From the NCBI GenBank assembly GCA_018509705.1, contig GCA_018509705.1_3630.1: 64,000 bases of DNA. The stretch is one strand, 5' to 3'. Position numbers and translations under genes: made by a program. Below the pieces are notes generated by a model, which saw nothing but the letters and a program-made list of their open reading frames with translations, was not told where the DNA came from and did no database searches. Below are positions 10,409 through 20,647 of the stretch, in pieces (position 1 is the stretch's first letter; each line of letters opens with the position of its first letter). The DNA comes from a phage.

Positions 10409-13006
10409 TTAAAGGTACAATCCACGGTATTGAGCATAAAGGCCCAGGCCGCGAAGGATTTCGCCAGAGTGATAGCCCACCGGATCAGAAACTGCCCAGC
10501 AGCCGTTTAAAACATTATCCCCATTGATGAAGTGGTGCTTTTGCAGTAGCTTCATACAGGCTTCTACAACAATGTCTATTTGAGGTATTGTCTCTGAATA
10601 CCCGCACAGACCTAGCCAGCAGCAACCTGCAAGCCATTCACCTACCACCCACATCCTGTCCCCTCTGTCTTGATAAGAATATCCCCCAGAGGTGTTAAAG
10701 TCTGTAGGCAGATTTCCTGAATGAGATGACTGGAATCTGTTGAGGAACCATGCCCATTTCTGGCAGAACAGGAATAATCTTTCATCAACAGGTTCTTTAT
10801 GTTTCTTGAGCTCATAGATTGTGCGGCACGCAGCAACAAAAGATCTTGACTGGAGCTTAGAGTTATCTACCATCTCCCACCAACCAGTCAGCCCTTCATT
10901 ACCTCTCTGCCATACATAACGCGAGGCAACTGGACCCTCTGTCTTAAATGTATTATTATACCAGACTTGAGCGTCATACAGAAAGCCTATTGTATTTGAC
11001 AATCTATGGCGATCTATGTTTTCTGCACCCATGCAGTATACTGCTGGGTATTGCATGCCAGGGTAGGGCCAATTTGGCTTTTCCTCTAAGAGATAGTTTT
11101 CCTTATCTATCACCTTTCCGGCAGGGAACACACCTGGTGTGTGCCTGTATGCACCTTGCTTGTAGTTTCTGACATAGCAATCACCAACCTTAGCGGTTGA
11201 TTCTGTCTTGCTTGCCATCCATACGCTAAACCATATTAGATAAGCATCCCTATCTGCAATATAGAACTGCGGCAGCGTGTTTACGCAGTACAGATCAAAC
11301 AAGCCATTACCTATCTGCCTGTCGCTTAGGCTGAAATCTACAGAGGTGAGCCCCTTAGGATTAGCAAAGAAAGGTTTAATCTCTTCTTCGGTGTGATGAG
11401 GTTGTGTCGGATCTAGTTTGAAATCTCCTAGAGTAAGAGTTTCTGTTATCCATTGTCCATTAGTGGCATATAGATCAGCATACCATAACCACCTATCTTT
11501 GTCAAGAAATTTGACCCTTACCATCTCATCATCTGATCTATAAGTTACTGAGTTTAAAGAAATCTCTCTCCCAAAATTGAAAGTTACTTTACCTCTTGCT
11601 ATATTACAACGGGTGAAGTTGTCAGAGTGGTTGTAAATGTCGGTATCATACTGCATACTAACACTAGCGCCACCGCTTACGACAATGTTTTCCTCTTTAG
11701 GTAAGAGATACGGATTACCGTCTTTACCAACTACCTCTACGAAATCAGTAACCTTGGCAACTATTTCTGTTACCTCTGCCCCTCCAAAAGGAACCCCTAT
11801 CCTGTACTGTTTTTTGTTATTGTTGCCATCATTAAGGATGAAATGTGGCTGGAACAGAACCCCTTCTCCTCCGAAATTCATAACAATTTCAGCATCTCTG
11901 CCTATTTTGTATGTAGTCCCTTTTTGAATTATTTCGCAAGGCTGGCGTGCGTTCATTCTAAAATTGATATACCCGTCACTGTCCCTGCTCATGGCAGGAA
12001 CTGTTCCTGCAACAAGGCAAGTACCATCTGTAAACGGTGCCTTAATCAACGTGGTCTTCCTAAACAGTTTGTCGTAGGCGTTTATATCACTGAAATTAAG
12101 CAATTTGTTGTAAGACTGTTTAAACGCGGTGTAATACTTTTCCTCACCTGTCAAGGTGTAGAGTTGATAACAAGCGTCACACCACATTTCTTCCCCGTCC
12201 AACTCTGGGGCCTGATTATCTGCAACCACGTTTATGGGATTTACAATTACAGGGGATCCTGCAGGTATCACCGATCCACCCTGCTCTTGAGGTAATCTTA
12301 CACAATAGGTCACCTTGTGGCTGCCTGTAACACCCTTATCTTGTAATTGGATTGTGCCGAACTCTACAGACGTATGACCACTGTCGGCTATGCTACCGTT
12401 AGCCCAATAGCGGTTACCATCCCATGCTATGTACCACTCAACCCACCAACTTAATCCGGATGTTGTCCAATCTGGGTTAGCATCTGTGCCACCGTAAACA
12501 TCAGAGTCTACAGTGTTTCTTCCTAACACACCGTTATACGCTTGGAATGCCTTGTCAAGGTATTCCCCCCATGTCGGAGATCCAGCTGGGATTTTTCCTC
12601 TACCGTTGGTAAAAGACACCACCACATCTTTAAACCCACCATGTGATGGAACCCCATCTGTGGATAGAGGGTAGTGGGACAATCTTTGCATTTTACTTTC
12701 TACTGCATATGCACCCAGAAGATGACTATTGTAAGCTTCCCAAGCATCTTTTGCCCTATCCAGATAGAAATCGCTTTTCGATGCCCTGTATGCTTCAATG
12801 TATCCCAGAATCAACACAGCTTGGGACTCATGCATTGCCCAATCATTATTTATCTTATTACCTGCCCACCCTGCAGCTATAAGACCATCAGGGTTTACTA
12901 ACTTATTTTGTGTAGGGGTGTTGGTAATACCTGTGTTGTTATCGAGGCACTTCCTGTGCCCCTCAATCATCTGAAATACGTTATCAATGTTATGTTGAAT
13001 ACGCAT
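10409..13006 (-). CDS. large tail-associated protein (865 aa), possible receptor-binding or depolymerase-type protein
   Basis: ORF track; size and position between fibre genes; no motif recognised with certainty. Confidence 0.35.
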   Translation of the reverse strand: MRIQHNIDNVFQMIEGHRKCLDNNTGITNTPTQNKLVNPDGLIAAGWAGNKINNDWAMHESQAVLILGYIEAYRASKSDFYLDRAKDAWEAYNSHLLGAYAVESKMQRLSHYPLSTDGVPSHGGFKDVVVSFTNGRGKIPAGSPTWGEYLDKAFQAYNGVLGRNTVDSDVYGGTDANPDWTTSGLSWWVEWYIAWDGNRYWANGSIADSGHTSVEFGTIQLQDKGVTGSHKVTYCVRLPQEQGGSVIPAGSPVIVNPINVVADNQAPELDGEEMWCDACYQLYTLTGEEKYYTAFKQSYNKLLNFSDINAYDKLFRKTTLIKAPFTDGTCLVAGTVPAMSRDSDGYINFRMNARQPCEIIQKGTTYKIGRDAEIVMNFGGEGVLFQPHFILNDGNNNKKQYRIGVPFGGAEVTEIVAKVTDFVEVVGKDGNPYLLPKEENIVVSGGASVSMQYDTDIYNHSDNFTRCNIARGKVTFNFGREISLNSVTYRSDDEMVRVKFLDKDRWLWYADLYATNGQWITETLTLGDFKLDPTQPHHTEEEIKPFFANPKGLTSVDFSLSDRQIGNGLFDLYCVNTLPQFYIADRDAYLIWFSVWMASKTESTAKVGDCYVRNYKQGAYRHTPGVFPAGKVIDKENYLLEEKPNWPYPGMQYPAVYCMGAENIDRHRLSNTIGFLYDAQVWYNNTFKTEGPVASRYVWQRGNEGLTGWWEMVDNSKLQSRSFVAACRTIYELKKHKEPVDERLFLFCQKWAWFLNRFQSSHSGNLPTDFNTSGGYSYQDRGDRMWVVGEWLAGCCWLGLCGYSETIPQIDIVVEACMKLLQKHHFINGDNVLNGCWAVSDPVGYHSGEILRGLGLYAQYRGLYL

Positions 13007-13007
13007 C

Positions 13008-13676
13008 TTAGATAGCTCCTGCGATAATCAGTGCCCCGTACCAAGTTAACCCGTTGTCGTAGGTTTCCAACTTGAAAATATCTGTTGCACCAGCTGTAAA
13101 TGTTAGGATAGGATCTCTTCCGTAGGACCATTTAACATTACCAGGCCAATAGACTTTGTTGCCGCCAGAGGTCTGAGTAATGCATACGGTTATAGTTCTC
13201 GCCACCCCTTCAAGACCTTCTGTTTGATTTTCAAAAGAGATTGTGGTATTTGAAGTTAGTCGAACCTTAAAGGTATCCGCCACTTCAAGATCCATATCAA
13301 GCTGACCACCGATAGATCCGTAATCAACTATTCTGCCAGAAGAAGTTGCAGCAAGCTCACCAAAAACAGACCAGGCGTTTGCAGACACACCCCCAGCACC
13401 CTCTACAGTGGAGTCTGGGAGGATTATTTTAGGATAATCCCCGTTCCACGTGTAGTAGCGCTTAGTTTCTGGATCATAAGCAAAGTCCTTCTTGCTCTTA
13501 AGATAACCACCCTCTGTGAAATAGACTATTTTAGTAATGCTGAGATCGTTGACAACATCATCAATCTTAGCCTTTCTTGTCCCATCAGTCTGGTTGACAA
13601 CCAAGAAGTCATCACTCAGGACTGTTTCTGCATCTTCAAGATCTGGAATTGGTATTGTAGGATAAGCTACAGCCAT
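13008..13676 (-). CDS. tail fibre N-terminal anchor-domain protein (222 aa)
   Basis: N-terminal region (DDFLVVNQTDGTRKAKIDDVV...FTEGGYLKSKKDFAYDPE) parallels the N-terminus of the 1268-aa fibre (DDYLVVQQPDLTRRVKIGDVV...FKEGGKLNGPMDFAYFEE). Confidence 0.4.
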   Translation of the reverse strand: MAVAYPTIPIPDLEDAETVLSDDFLVVNQTDGTRKAKIDDVVNDLSITKIVYFTEGGYLKSKKDFAYDPETKRYYTWNGDYPKIILPDSTVEGAGGVSANAWSVFGELAATSSGRIVDYGSIGGQLDMDLEVADTFKVRLTSNTTISFENQTEGLEGVARTITVCITQTSGGNKVYWPGNVKWSYGRDPILTFTAGATDIFKLETYDNGLTWYGALIIAGAI

Positions 13677-13685
13677 GATTTCTCC

Positions 13686-14402
13686 TTAGTTAACATCAAT
13701 AGCACGACCAGACTGGTTGGCAATAGCCTCATCATTGGAGGTAGCAATAACACCAGAGTATTCGCGCTCATCTGGAGCAAGCGTCCAGGTATTGCGGTTA
13801 ATGGTTTGTTCTGCCTCAGTCATCAGCAGATCTTTATCCTGAGTCAACAGAGAGCCTACAGGGATCGGGTTTTCCATCTCAGGACCAGCATACTGGTTCC
13901 ACCATGTGGCATCTCCGGTTCTAGGCAATCTGAAGTTGATCAGGTAGTACAGTTTATTAGCCCACTTAATCCAACCTTCATCATCACAGAGAGAGGTTGT
14001 CCCAGAATCAGGCTGTGGGTAGGTAAACTGATCAAGACCTACAAAAGCCAGCCTTACAATCTCGTTCTCTTTGGTAACAACCTCAAAGAACGCTTGGTAT
14101 GTTCTCGATCTTCGATCCATGGTAGACTGGAAGTTTACGATGTTTAGCACATCCGGCTCTTGTCTTGCCACTTCCATAATCTTGTTATCAAGAACAGTCT
14201 TCATGACCTTCTTACTGAGAAAGTCCATATAAGGGAAGCCAAACAACTCGTCAAAGTACCAGCTCCCCTTCCACGTATTAAACCTCATCCACAAGCGCTG
14301 GCGTAGACTTACCTGGTTTGAATCTATCAACTCAAGACCTTTGTCTATCGCCAAATCGCCTGTCTGTGGGTCCATCAATATATCACTATAAAGCGTAGCC
14401 AT
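13686..14402 (-). CDS. hypothetical baseplate protein
   Basis: ORF track; context. Confidence 0.3.
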   Translation of the reverse strand: MATLYSDILMDPQTGDLAIDKGLELIDSNQVSLRQRLWMRFNTWKGSWYFDELFGFPYMDFLSKKVMKTVLDNKIMEVARQEPDVLNIVNFQSTMDRRSRTYQAFFEVVTKENEIVRLAFVGLDQFTYPQPDSGTTSLCDDEGWIKWANKLYYLINFRLPRTGDATWWNQYAGPEMENPIPVGSLLTQDKDLLMTEAEQTINRNTWTLAPDEREYSGVIATSNDEAIANQSGRAIDVN

Positions 14403-14414
14403 GAAAGCCCTCTA

Positions 14415-15092
14415 TTAGTGCGGTCCACTTGTCTCGCCATCAGGGCAAGAGTGGGTATGACCTTTATATTCTGCATAGAATGAATCCAAATCCACACCAG
14501 CAGCAGTTATAATTCTACCAGATGGGTCTATTGTGGCACCATTCATTCTGATATTTCCATCCACAGCAGCTCGCAAATTGGCAGCACCGTTAGTGAAAGA
14601 AAACTCCCCGCTGCTGTCGCACCGTAATGTCCCACCCGGTGTTTGAAGCTCAAAATCTCCAGAAGGTGTCAGTTTAAAATAGACCTTATCATTCCATAAC
14701 TCTACGTTATCAGGATCGATCTGTAAAGCGTTTGAGTCTGAATGAACAGAGGTTATTGCCCACCCAGGAAACAGGCCGTGAGTTTGTTGATCGTCGTTAT
14801 TGTTTTCATTTCTCTCTGAAAACTGCAATCCTACAACATCACCAGCTTTAATAGGAAGTGTTAACCTTGCCTTTCCACTGTTTGCAGACATCACCTGAAT
14901 TGGAACGTCATAGATAAGAGGGTATCTCTCCACATCTCCGTCATCAAACGTGGTTTCAGCTATTGGCTGCACGGCTGCAGAAGGGATACTGTAGTCTACA
15001 CTGACAACTCTGGCCCTGATACTGGTGTGGTAGTCCCTCATTATTTTTTCTATAAAGGATCTTACAGCAGCATCTTTCCTATTTATTGCCAT
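14415..15092 (-). CDS. baseplate central spike protein (gpV-like) with C-terminal H-T-H-S tip motif
   Basis: 225-aa ORF ending ...YAEYKGHTHSCPDGETSGPH; HxH-type motifs occur at spike tips of P2 gpV-like proteins. Confidence 0.4.
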   Translation of the reverse strand: MAINRKDAAVRSFIEKIMRDYHTSIRARVVSVDYSIPSAAVQPIAETTFDDGDVERYPLIYDVPIQVMSANSGKARLTLPIKAGDVVGLQFSERNENNNDDQQTHGLFPGWAITSVHSDSNALQIDPDNVELWNDKVYFKLTPSGDFELQTPGGTLRCDSSGEFSFTNGAANLRAAVDGNIRMNGATIDPSGRIITAAGVDLDSFYAEYKGHTHSCPDGETSGPH

Positions 15093-16096
15093 TATACCTC
15101 CTCAGTTTTGTCAACAACCCCACCGACTGTTTCCCCAAGGCCAAGCTCTGTAGTGTAATCACCACCTTCTATGGTGCCCTTATGATGCACCGTGATCACC
15201 TTATAGAAGCCTGTATATTGCTTGCTTTTAAGATAAATAGTGGACTCTGGGAGGATAGCTCCGTTAAGGCATGTGGTTACAGTAAGGCCAACATCCTCTC
15301 TCGGGTTTTTCTTTTTCTTTTTAGATGTCGAACCACCTTTGGCAGCAGCTTTAGCTTTTCGTTTTTTAGCAGGTTCTGGGTTTTTAGGGGTAGGAGATCC
15401 GTGCATCCCAGACTCTGCACTTATTTCAAACACAGAGTCTTTGAACCTTTTTCCAACCTTGGTCCAATACAAAGCCCCATCCTGAACGCTAAATGTTGAG
15501 TTGGTCAGCCTTGCAAACCTGCGGAGGTTCTCTGCAGTGTTTCCAGAGAAAGCCATAGAGTATTGCAAAGTCTGGTTTCCAAAACCAACAACCCTACCTT
15601 TTGGCAAGTTCATATCCTTCAGTAGGTCATTAAGCACAGAGTTCAGAGGTGTACCTTTCTGATAAGATCTTGTGCTTTGGCACTTAATGATGTTCTCAGT
15701 GCCATCCCCAAAGATGAACTTAGTTTTTCTGGTCGGACCTTCCCACCTGTCTTCAACAAACTCCACAGTTCCGGAGAATATCAACTGGTTCTCATTATCA
15801 TAGCCAGCTTCAAACATAACTGCAAGGGCATCAGCCTGATGCATATCCAGATAGTTAACTGTATCGTCAGACAGGTTGTAAACTGTCACATAACCTTTGT
15901 TTGGCTCTTTGGTATTGTCCTTTTGTATGTCAAACTCTATATTGGCAGCACCAGTGTCTGAGCTAACTTCATAAACTCCGGAATCACTCTCCCCTTTCTT
16001 TTCAACAGATTTTGGGATATTGGTTTTTGATTTACCGCCATGGTCTACAGGACGACCAAACAATAATCGCCATGTTCTACGTCTGTACTCTGCCAT
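15092..16096 (-). CDS. hypothetical baseplate/tail protein with Lys-rich linker
   Basis: ORF track; context. Confidence 0.3.
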   Translation of the reverse strand: MAEYRRRTWRLLFGRPVDHGGKSKTNIPKSVEKKGESDSGVYEVSSDTGAANIEFDIQKDNTKEPNKGYVTVYNLSDDTVNYLDMHQADALAVMFEAGYDNENQLIFSGTVEFVEDRWEGPTRKTKFIFGDGTENIIKCQSTRSYQKGTPLNSVLNDLLKDMNLPKGRVVGFGNQTLQYSMAFSGNTAENLRRFARLTNSTFSVQDGALYWTKVGKRFKDSVFEISAESGMHGSPTPKNPEPAKKRKAKAAAKGGSTSKKKKKNPREDVGLTVTTCLNGAILPESTIYLKSKQYTGFYKVITVHHKGTIEGGDYTTELGLGETVGGVVDKTEEV

Positions 16097-16476
16097 TATT
16101 CTAACCCTTGCTGTTCCTTGTAAAGATCAACCGGGGTGCCGTATACAAGTTGTAGCTCAGATCTCGCCCCAAGGTTATATCTTCCAACCCTGCCCCAATA
16201 TTGATCGTCTTTAAACGACAGCGCCATCAATCTACCTTTCGGTAAATCGTCTCTGTAATGCAGTCCGTCTAAAATATCTTGACAAGCTGTTACTTTTCTG
16301 GTTACTAAAGGGCTGTCACCTACCGGACCAAGAGATAACCACCAGGACTCATCCCTCTCATTCCATTGCATACGCATTTCATACGTCTCATTGTCTAAAA
16401 CAACACGCATGGTTTGATCAGGAAAGCCGTCAATGTCCCACACAAAGGTGATTATGCACCAATCTTTAAGTTCCAT
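16096..16476 (-). CDS. hypothetical virion protein
   Basis: ORF track; translationally coupled to neighbours. Confidence 0.3.
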   Translation of the reverse strand: MELKDWCIITFVWDIDGFPDQTMRVVLDNETYEMRMQWNERDESWWLSLGPVGDSPLVTRKVTACQDILDGLHYRDDLPKGRLMALSFKDDQYWGRVGRYNLGARSELQLVYGTPVDLYKEQQGLE

Positions 16477-16488
16477 TACACGCTCCCC

Positions 16489-17400
16489 TTATTTTCCGTT
16501 AACTTTGTTGTAGTTTCCCTGCTCAGATGGGACTATGGTAGAAGGTCTTCCATATTCCTGATAATACCAATCCGCAGCAGATTGAGTAACACCGTTTTCA
16601 TCCGTCCACATCATAGATTTGTAGGGCTGCCACTCTTCTGCGGCATTTGTTGATGCAGTGTCTGCAAATGCCCCTGTGTCCCTCTTGTTACCTACGTTAC
16701 TGCCATTCTTACAGTCGTTGACAGCACCTTTTTGCTGGGTCTTGCCTACTTTCTTAGGGTTGCTGTATACAGTTGCATTAACAACCTTGTTCAAGTAGAA
16801 TGTGCGGAACTCTGTAAGTTCTACATCAAACACCATCGCAGCACCTTCACCAACAGACTTGTTGGCAGAAAGGCTGGTTATGATGTAGTTCTCAAGGAGT
16901 CTCTCCTCGGTAACCAAAGAAACCAACTGGCGCTTATTAATGATCTCAGTCAAAGCCTCCAGTGCAGCGCCTGGTCGCATAGACGCTGCAGGGTTTTTAG
17001 AGTCAGTATTCCTGTCAATGTAGTTTTGCTCATAGATTATATGTGGTGATGTATTTACCCTACCAGTAAAAGAAAATACACCATCTTTAATTACAGCGTG
17101 GTCTGACAGGGTAGATTTATCTTCCACCGCAAACCCAGTCTTATCAACAGAATGTTTGAAAGAGTAATTCTCAACCTGATCGAAGATGATGGCAAGATCG
17201 TTAGTAAAGTTTTTACCCTTCATCTCCGTATTGCGACCACCATAGTTAAGACCGCTGACAAACATAGTGTACTTTACATCGCTTTCAGTTTGCTGTTCTG
17301 CCTTTTCAGCCTTTGGAGATTTAACCTCTTGAGGCTTGTACAGGTCTTTTTCATCAACTATATTGCTTGGCATAACCTCTCCAGGACACTCCGATACCAT
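16489..17400 (-). CDS. hypothetical tail protein immediately downstream of the tape measure gene
   Basis: ORF track; context. Confidence 0.3.
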   Translation of the reverse strand: MVSECPGEVMPSNIVDEKDLYKPQEVKSPKAEKAEQQTESDVKYTMFVSGLNYGGRNTEMKGKNFTNDLAIIFDQVENYSFKHSVDKTGFAVEDKSTLSDHAVIKDGVFSFTGRVNTSPHIIYEQNYIDRNTDSKNPAASMRPGAALEALTEIINKRQLVSLVTEERLLENYIITSLSANKSVGEGAAMVFDVELTEFRTFYLNKVVNATVYSNPKKVGKTQQKGAVNDCKNGSNVGNKRDTGAFADTASTNAAEEWQPYKSMMWTDENGVTQSAADWYYQEYGRPSTIVPSEQGNYNKVNGK

Positions 17401-17439
17401 CTAAATATTGTATCATAAAATAGCCGTTTTTACAACACC

Positions 17440-17467
17440 GATAAAATAAAGGGGGCCGGAGCCCCCT
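17440..17467 (-). terminator. hairpin plus T-run terminator after the tape measure gene
   Basis: gggggccggagccccc hairpin followed on the minus strand by TTTATTTTAT. Confidence 0.5.
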
Positions 17468-17479
17468 ATGTGCTGTTTA

Positions 17480-19816
17480 TTACCAAAGATCTGTTGACAT
17501 AAAGTTAATATCTTTGTTATTCTCCCACTCAAGTTTTGCATCAAGTATTTTGCTAAACTCACCCTCATCTATTGAAATCGTGATTTTCCCATCACTAATC
17601 TCTAAAGGTAGCATTTCCATAGTTCTTAATTGAGAAGCAAAACCAGGGCCACCTGGCAACGGAAGAGTACCGCCCGGTAAGGTGTCCAAAGGATTAACAA
17701 ATCCGTTACCTCCCGATATGATATCTTTGCGAATCATATCGCTGATAGTATCCAGCTGCTGATTTCTTTCACTTAGTGGGTTGTAACGGTCATTAAATAA
17801 TTCCCCGGCGCTTAGTATTGTACCGATAATACCCAGCTTACCGAGCAGACCAACTTTGCCACCAGGTGTCTTGAGGCCACCTCCCCCTTTTCCTGCCGGA
17901 GCGCCACCACCAGATCCTTCTGTAGTAGCGGCACCTGCTACTCCAGCTGCACCCCTTAGAGAGCTAAGGAATTTAAAGGTTTTTACAAGCATAGATGCCA
18001 TGACAAAACCTTTTGTTAGGGCGTTGACGACCAGCATGATGGCAGCAGCAAACCCTGCCCATTTAGCATAGCTAAAGGTGTCATGAAGCTCTTCAGAATA
18101 TTCCTTCGTCTTAGCTGTTATGAACCCCCATTTAATCCCCCATTCAAGGAAAAACATGCGGATCTTGACTATAGTGTTGTTCAGTTCACCAACTACCCAG
18201 TTAAGGCCTCTCACAAACCCGCTAACAAAATCACCAGAGGCATCCCACACAAATTGCAGAGTCTCACCAGTGCGGATTAGTGTATAATAGAACTCTGTTA
18301 GTTCGTCAGACCAACGGGTGAACAGTTTCTGACGAGTCAGTTCGATAAAGGTTTTCAGTCTGTTTTCTGCCAGCACGTTAGACTTCTGCATTCTTTCATA
18401 ACCAGCTGCAGATGCCTCGTTCATGTACTTAGCCACATACTTCATGATCTTGGCTGTTTTAACCTCACCTTTCTTCATCATGTCCATGAACTGATCCATG
18501 GAGAGTTCAGAAAGACCAAAAGCCTCTTTGGTGGCCTTGATAAAAGGTTCGTATGCACCAGGCAATGCTTCAGCAAGTTGTTGCTTCAGTTCTTCGGACA
18601 TTACCTGTCCTTTCCCGAGCATCTGTTGGATTGCCATAATACCGCGCTGGTATTTTACCTCATCGGCACCATAAGCAGCAGCATACTGAGAGTATGCAGA
18701 AAACAGCTCATGCACTTCCTGATTTGTCATCTGGTTTTTGGCGTTTACCGACATCTGGGCGTAACCTTGAAGACCAGATTTGAGATCAAAACCAAGACGC
18801 ATAGCCTCTTGCTGGACAAACGCAACCTCACTGTTGGCTTTGTTTGGATCTCCAGTGACAGCAGTAAGAGCAGCACTTGCCCCCTCCATCATGTGACCGG
18901 ATCTGTTAACCGCAGCAAATCCAGAAAAAGCTGTATACGCAGCTGTTGCATTAATAACAGATCTACGTAAGTCTCTCATGGCATCGCCTAGTGTAAGCGT
19001 TTGGCTGGTGGCGCTTTTAAACCCAGACTGCAGCGCTGACAGGTGGGCGTTAAAGGTTGACTTCTTCATCTCCCCGCGAGCAAACCTGGACTCTAACTCT
19101 GAGTATCCTGGCAAGCTTCCACGGAATCCGGCCCCATACTTGGCAGAAAGTCTTATCGCGGAGTTGTAGAGGTGGGTTCTCCTTGCCTCACGATCCGACA
19201 TAAGCCTATTATCCATACCAGCTTTACTGTCTCTTCTTAGCTGTCTATGATAACGATTCATAGCGGCTGTCTGAGCTTTCACAAGGTTAGGGTCGGAAGC
19301 CACACCACCCATATTAGGGTTACCTGGGATATATTTGAAAGATTTGGCATTAGCCAAAACTCTTGCCTTAGGTGCCTTATAACCACCGTAAGACACTGGT
19401 GCAGATTTGGCAGCCTTTTTGGCCTCTTTAGCTTGCTGCTGGTAGAACTTACGCATCCTAGCCATTTCTGGATTTTTAGCGGTAAGATTACCTACAGCTT
19501 GTTTACGTCTCGCATTCTCCCTACGTTCTATTGCAGCCCTTACTGCAGCCTCTTTCTTGGCCTGTGCTACGCTCTCTCTGTGCAGTTTAGCATTTGCCTG
19601 AGATTGCTGTCTGGCAACCCTCTGCATTGTCTGCTGGGTTTTAACAGCTACCGCCTGCCATCTACTCATGGGGTTGGCTGAGTTAAAATCCTCGCCCAGT
19701 TTCCTGAACTCCCTCCCAATACTGCGAATTTTCTCTACAGCTTTTTTGTAGGAGGAGTTCTCTATCTCAAAGCCAATCTTGTTGACTGTTGTGGCAACTA
19801 TTTTGTTTGTAGCCAT
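17480..19816 (-). CDS. tail tape measure protein (778 aa)
   Basis: Long alpha-helical protein with Gly-rich C-terminal segment (GGGAPAGKGGGGLKTPGGKVGLLGKLG); position after chaperone-like ORFs. Confidence 0.7.
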   Translation of the reverse strand: MATNKIVATTVNKIGFEIENSSYKKAVEKIRSIGREFRKLGEDFNSANPMSRWQAVAVKTQQTMQRVARQQSQANAKLHRESVAQAKKEAAVRAAIERRENARRKQAVGNLTAKNPEMARMRKFYQQQAKEAKKAAKSAPVSYGGYKAPKARVLANAKSFKYIPGNPNMGGVASDPNLVKAQTAAMNRYHRQLRRDSKAGMDNRLMSDREARRTHLYNSAIRLSAKYGAGFRGSLPGYSELESRFARGEMKKSTFNAHLSALQSGFKSATSQTLTLGDAMRDLRRSVINATAAYTAFSGFAAVNRSGHMMEGASAALTAVTGDPNKANSEVAFVQQEAMRLGFDLKSGLQGYAQMSVNAKNQMTNQEVHELFSAYSQYAAAYGADEVKYQRGIMAIQQMLGKGQVMSEELKQQLAEALPGAYEPFIKATKEAFGLSELSMDQFMDMMKKGEVKTAKIMKYVAKYMNEASAAGYERMQKSNVLAENRLKTFIELTRQKLFTRWSDELTEFYYTLIRTGETLQFVWDASGDFVSGFVRGLNWVVGELNNTIVKIRMFFLEWGIKWGFITAKTKEYSEELHDTFSYAKWAGFAAAIMLVVNALTKGFVMASMLVKTFKFLSSLRGAAGVAGAATTEGSGGGAPAGKGGGGLKTPGGKVGLLGKLGIIGTILSAGELFNDRYNPLSERNQQLDTISDMIRKDIISGGNGFVNPLDTLPGGTLPLPGGPGFASQLRTMEMLPLEISDGKITISIDEGEFSKILDAKLEWENNKDINFMSTDLW

Positions 19817-19826
19817 GGTTTCCTCA

Positions 19827-19865
19827 TAATAAAAAGGGCCAGATCCCAGAAAAGGAATCCGGCCC
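19827..19865 (-). terminator. hairpin plus T-run (possible attenuator) between chaperone ORF and tape measure gene
   Basis: Imperfect hairpin gggccggattcc...gggatctggccc followed by TTTTT on the minus strand. Confidence 0.35.
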
Positions 19866-19870
19866 TTAGA

Positions 19871-20119
19871 TTATCCTCTCCTGCGCTTAGCTTTCGCAGC
19901 AGCTGCGGCAGCCTTCTGCTCCCGCTCCATTTCCCTGTTTTGGACGGTATCTAGGAATTCTTCGATATCAAGATACTCACAGAGCTTCAGGAAATACGCC
20001 ATATCTGCAAGATTTAGCGATTCAAAATTTTCCCCTTTGAAATTCTTGAGCACCCTGCACCAAAGAAAGTCGAACCAATTGAGTGAACTGTTCTTGGCTG
20101 CCCACTCACTGGCCCTCAC
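19871..20119 (-). CDS. tail assembly chaperone-like ORF (possible frameshift extension of the upstream ORF)
   Basis: 82-aa ORF in the -1 frame relative to 20131-20604, open upstream across that ORF's stop; classical chaperone position. Confidence 0.3.
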   Translation of the reverse strand: MRASEWAAKNSSLNWFDFLWCRVLKNFKGENFESLNLADMAYFLKLCEYLDIEEFLDTVQNREMEREQKAAAAAAKAKRRRG

Positions 20120-20130
20120 AACAACCTTGC

Positions 20131-20604
20131 TTATTCCTGCTCTTCCGGAGTCTGATCCAGATTGTTCACCTGCTGAATCATACCCATCTGCTGTAACATC
20201 TCCAGAAGGCTTCCTAAACCGTCTTGTGTGAAAAAACAGCCGTAGTTAACCTCCAGAACCTTACCTGCCAGCTTAATCATCTCCAGCAGATGCCCTGCAA
20301 ACACAACATCCGGGTTAAGCCTATCCACACCATCTACGGTAATATCTTCGAACAAGATTTTAAATAGCTCTTCAATGGAGTTATCATCAAGTTCTTGGAA
20401 CAGGTAAGCCAGGGCTGTAGGAAGGACCTCTGCCATATTCTGACCACCTGAGAGAATAGATCCACCGATAGCACCTAGCGGGACAGCCACAATCTTACCG
20501 ATTTTAGGCATGTTTTTCATTGCTTTCATCGGCCCCCAGTGGGTGATCACAAAGTTGTGCCCTGCTAAATCAATATCTGTTGTAGGTCTAAAGTTTATAG
20601 CCAT
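20131..20604 (-). CDS. tail assembly chaperone-like protein
   Basis: 157-aa acidic protein between putative tube and tape measure genes. Confidence 0.4.
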   Translation of the reverse strand: MAINFRPTTDIDLAGHNFVITHWGPMKAMKNMPKIGKIVAVPLGAIGGSILSGGQNMAEVLPTALAYLFQELDDNSIEELFKILFEDITVDGVDRLNPDVVFAGHLLEMIKLAGKVLEVNYGCFFTQDGLGSLLEMLQQMGMIQQVNNLDQTPEEQE

Positions 20605-20647
20605 TTTATAGCATCCTTATTAGTCATGTTATGCACCATATTTGTGT

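Noticed and set aside
17856-18071. Gly/Pro/Ala-rich plus-strand ORF inside the tape measure gene
   Set aside because: Mirror image of the Gly-rich tape measure segment on the coding strand.
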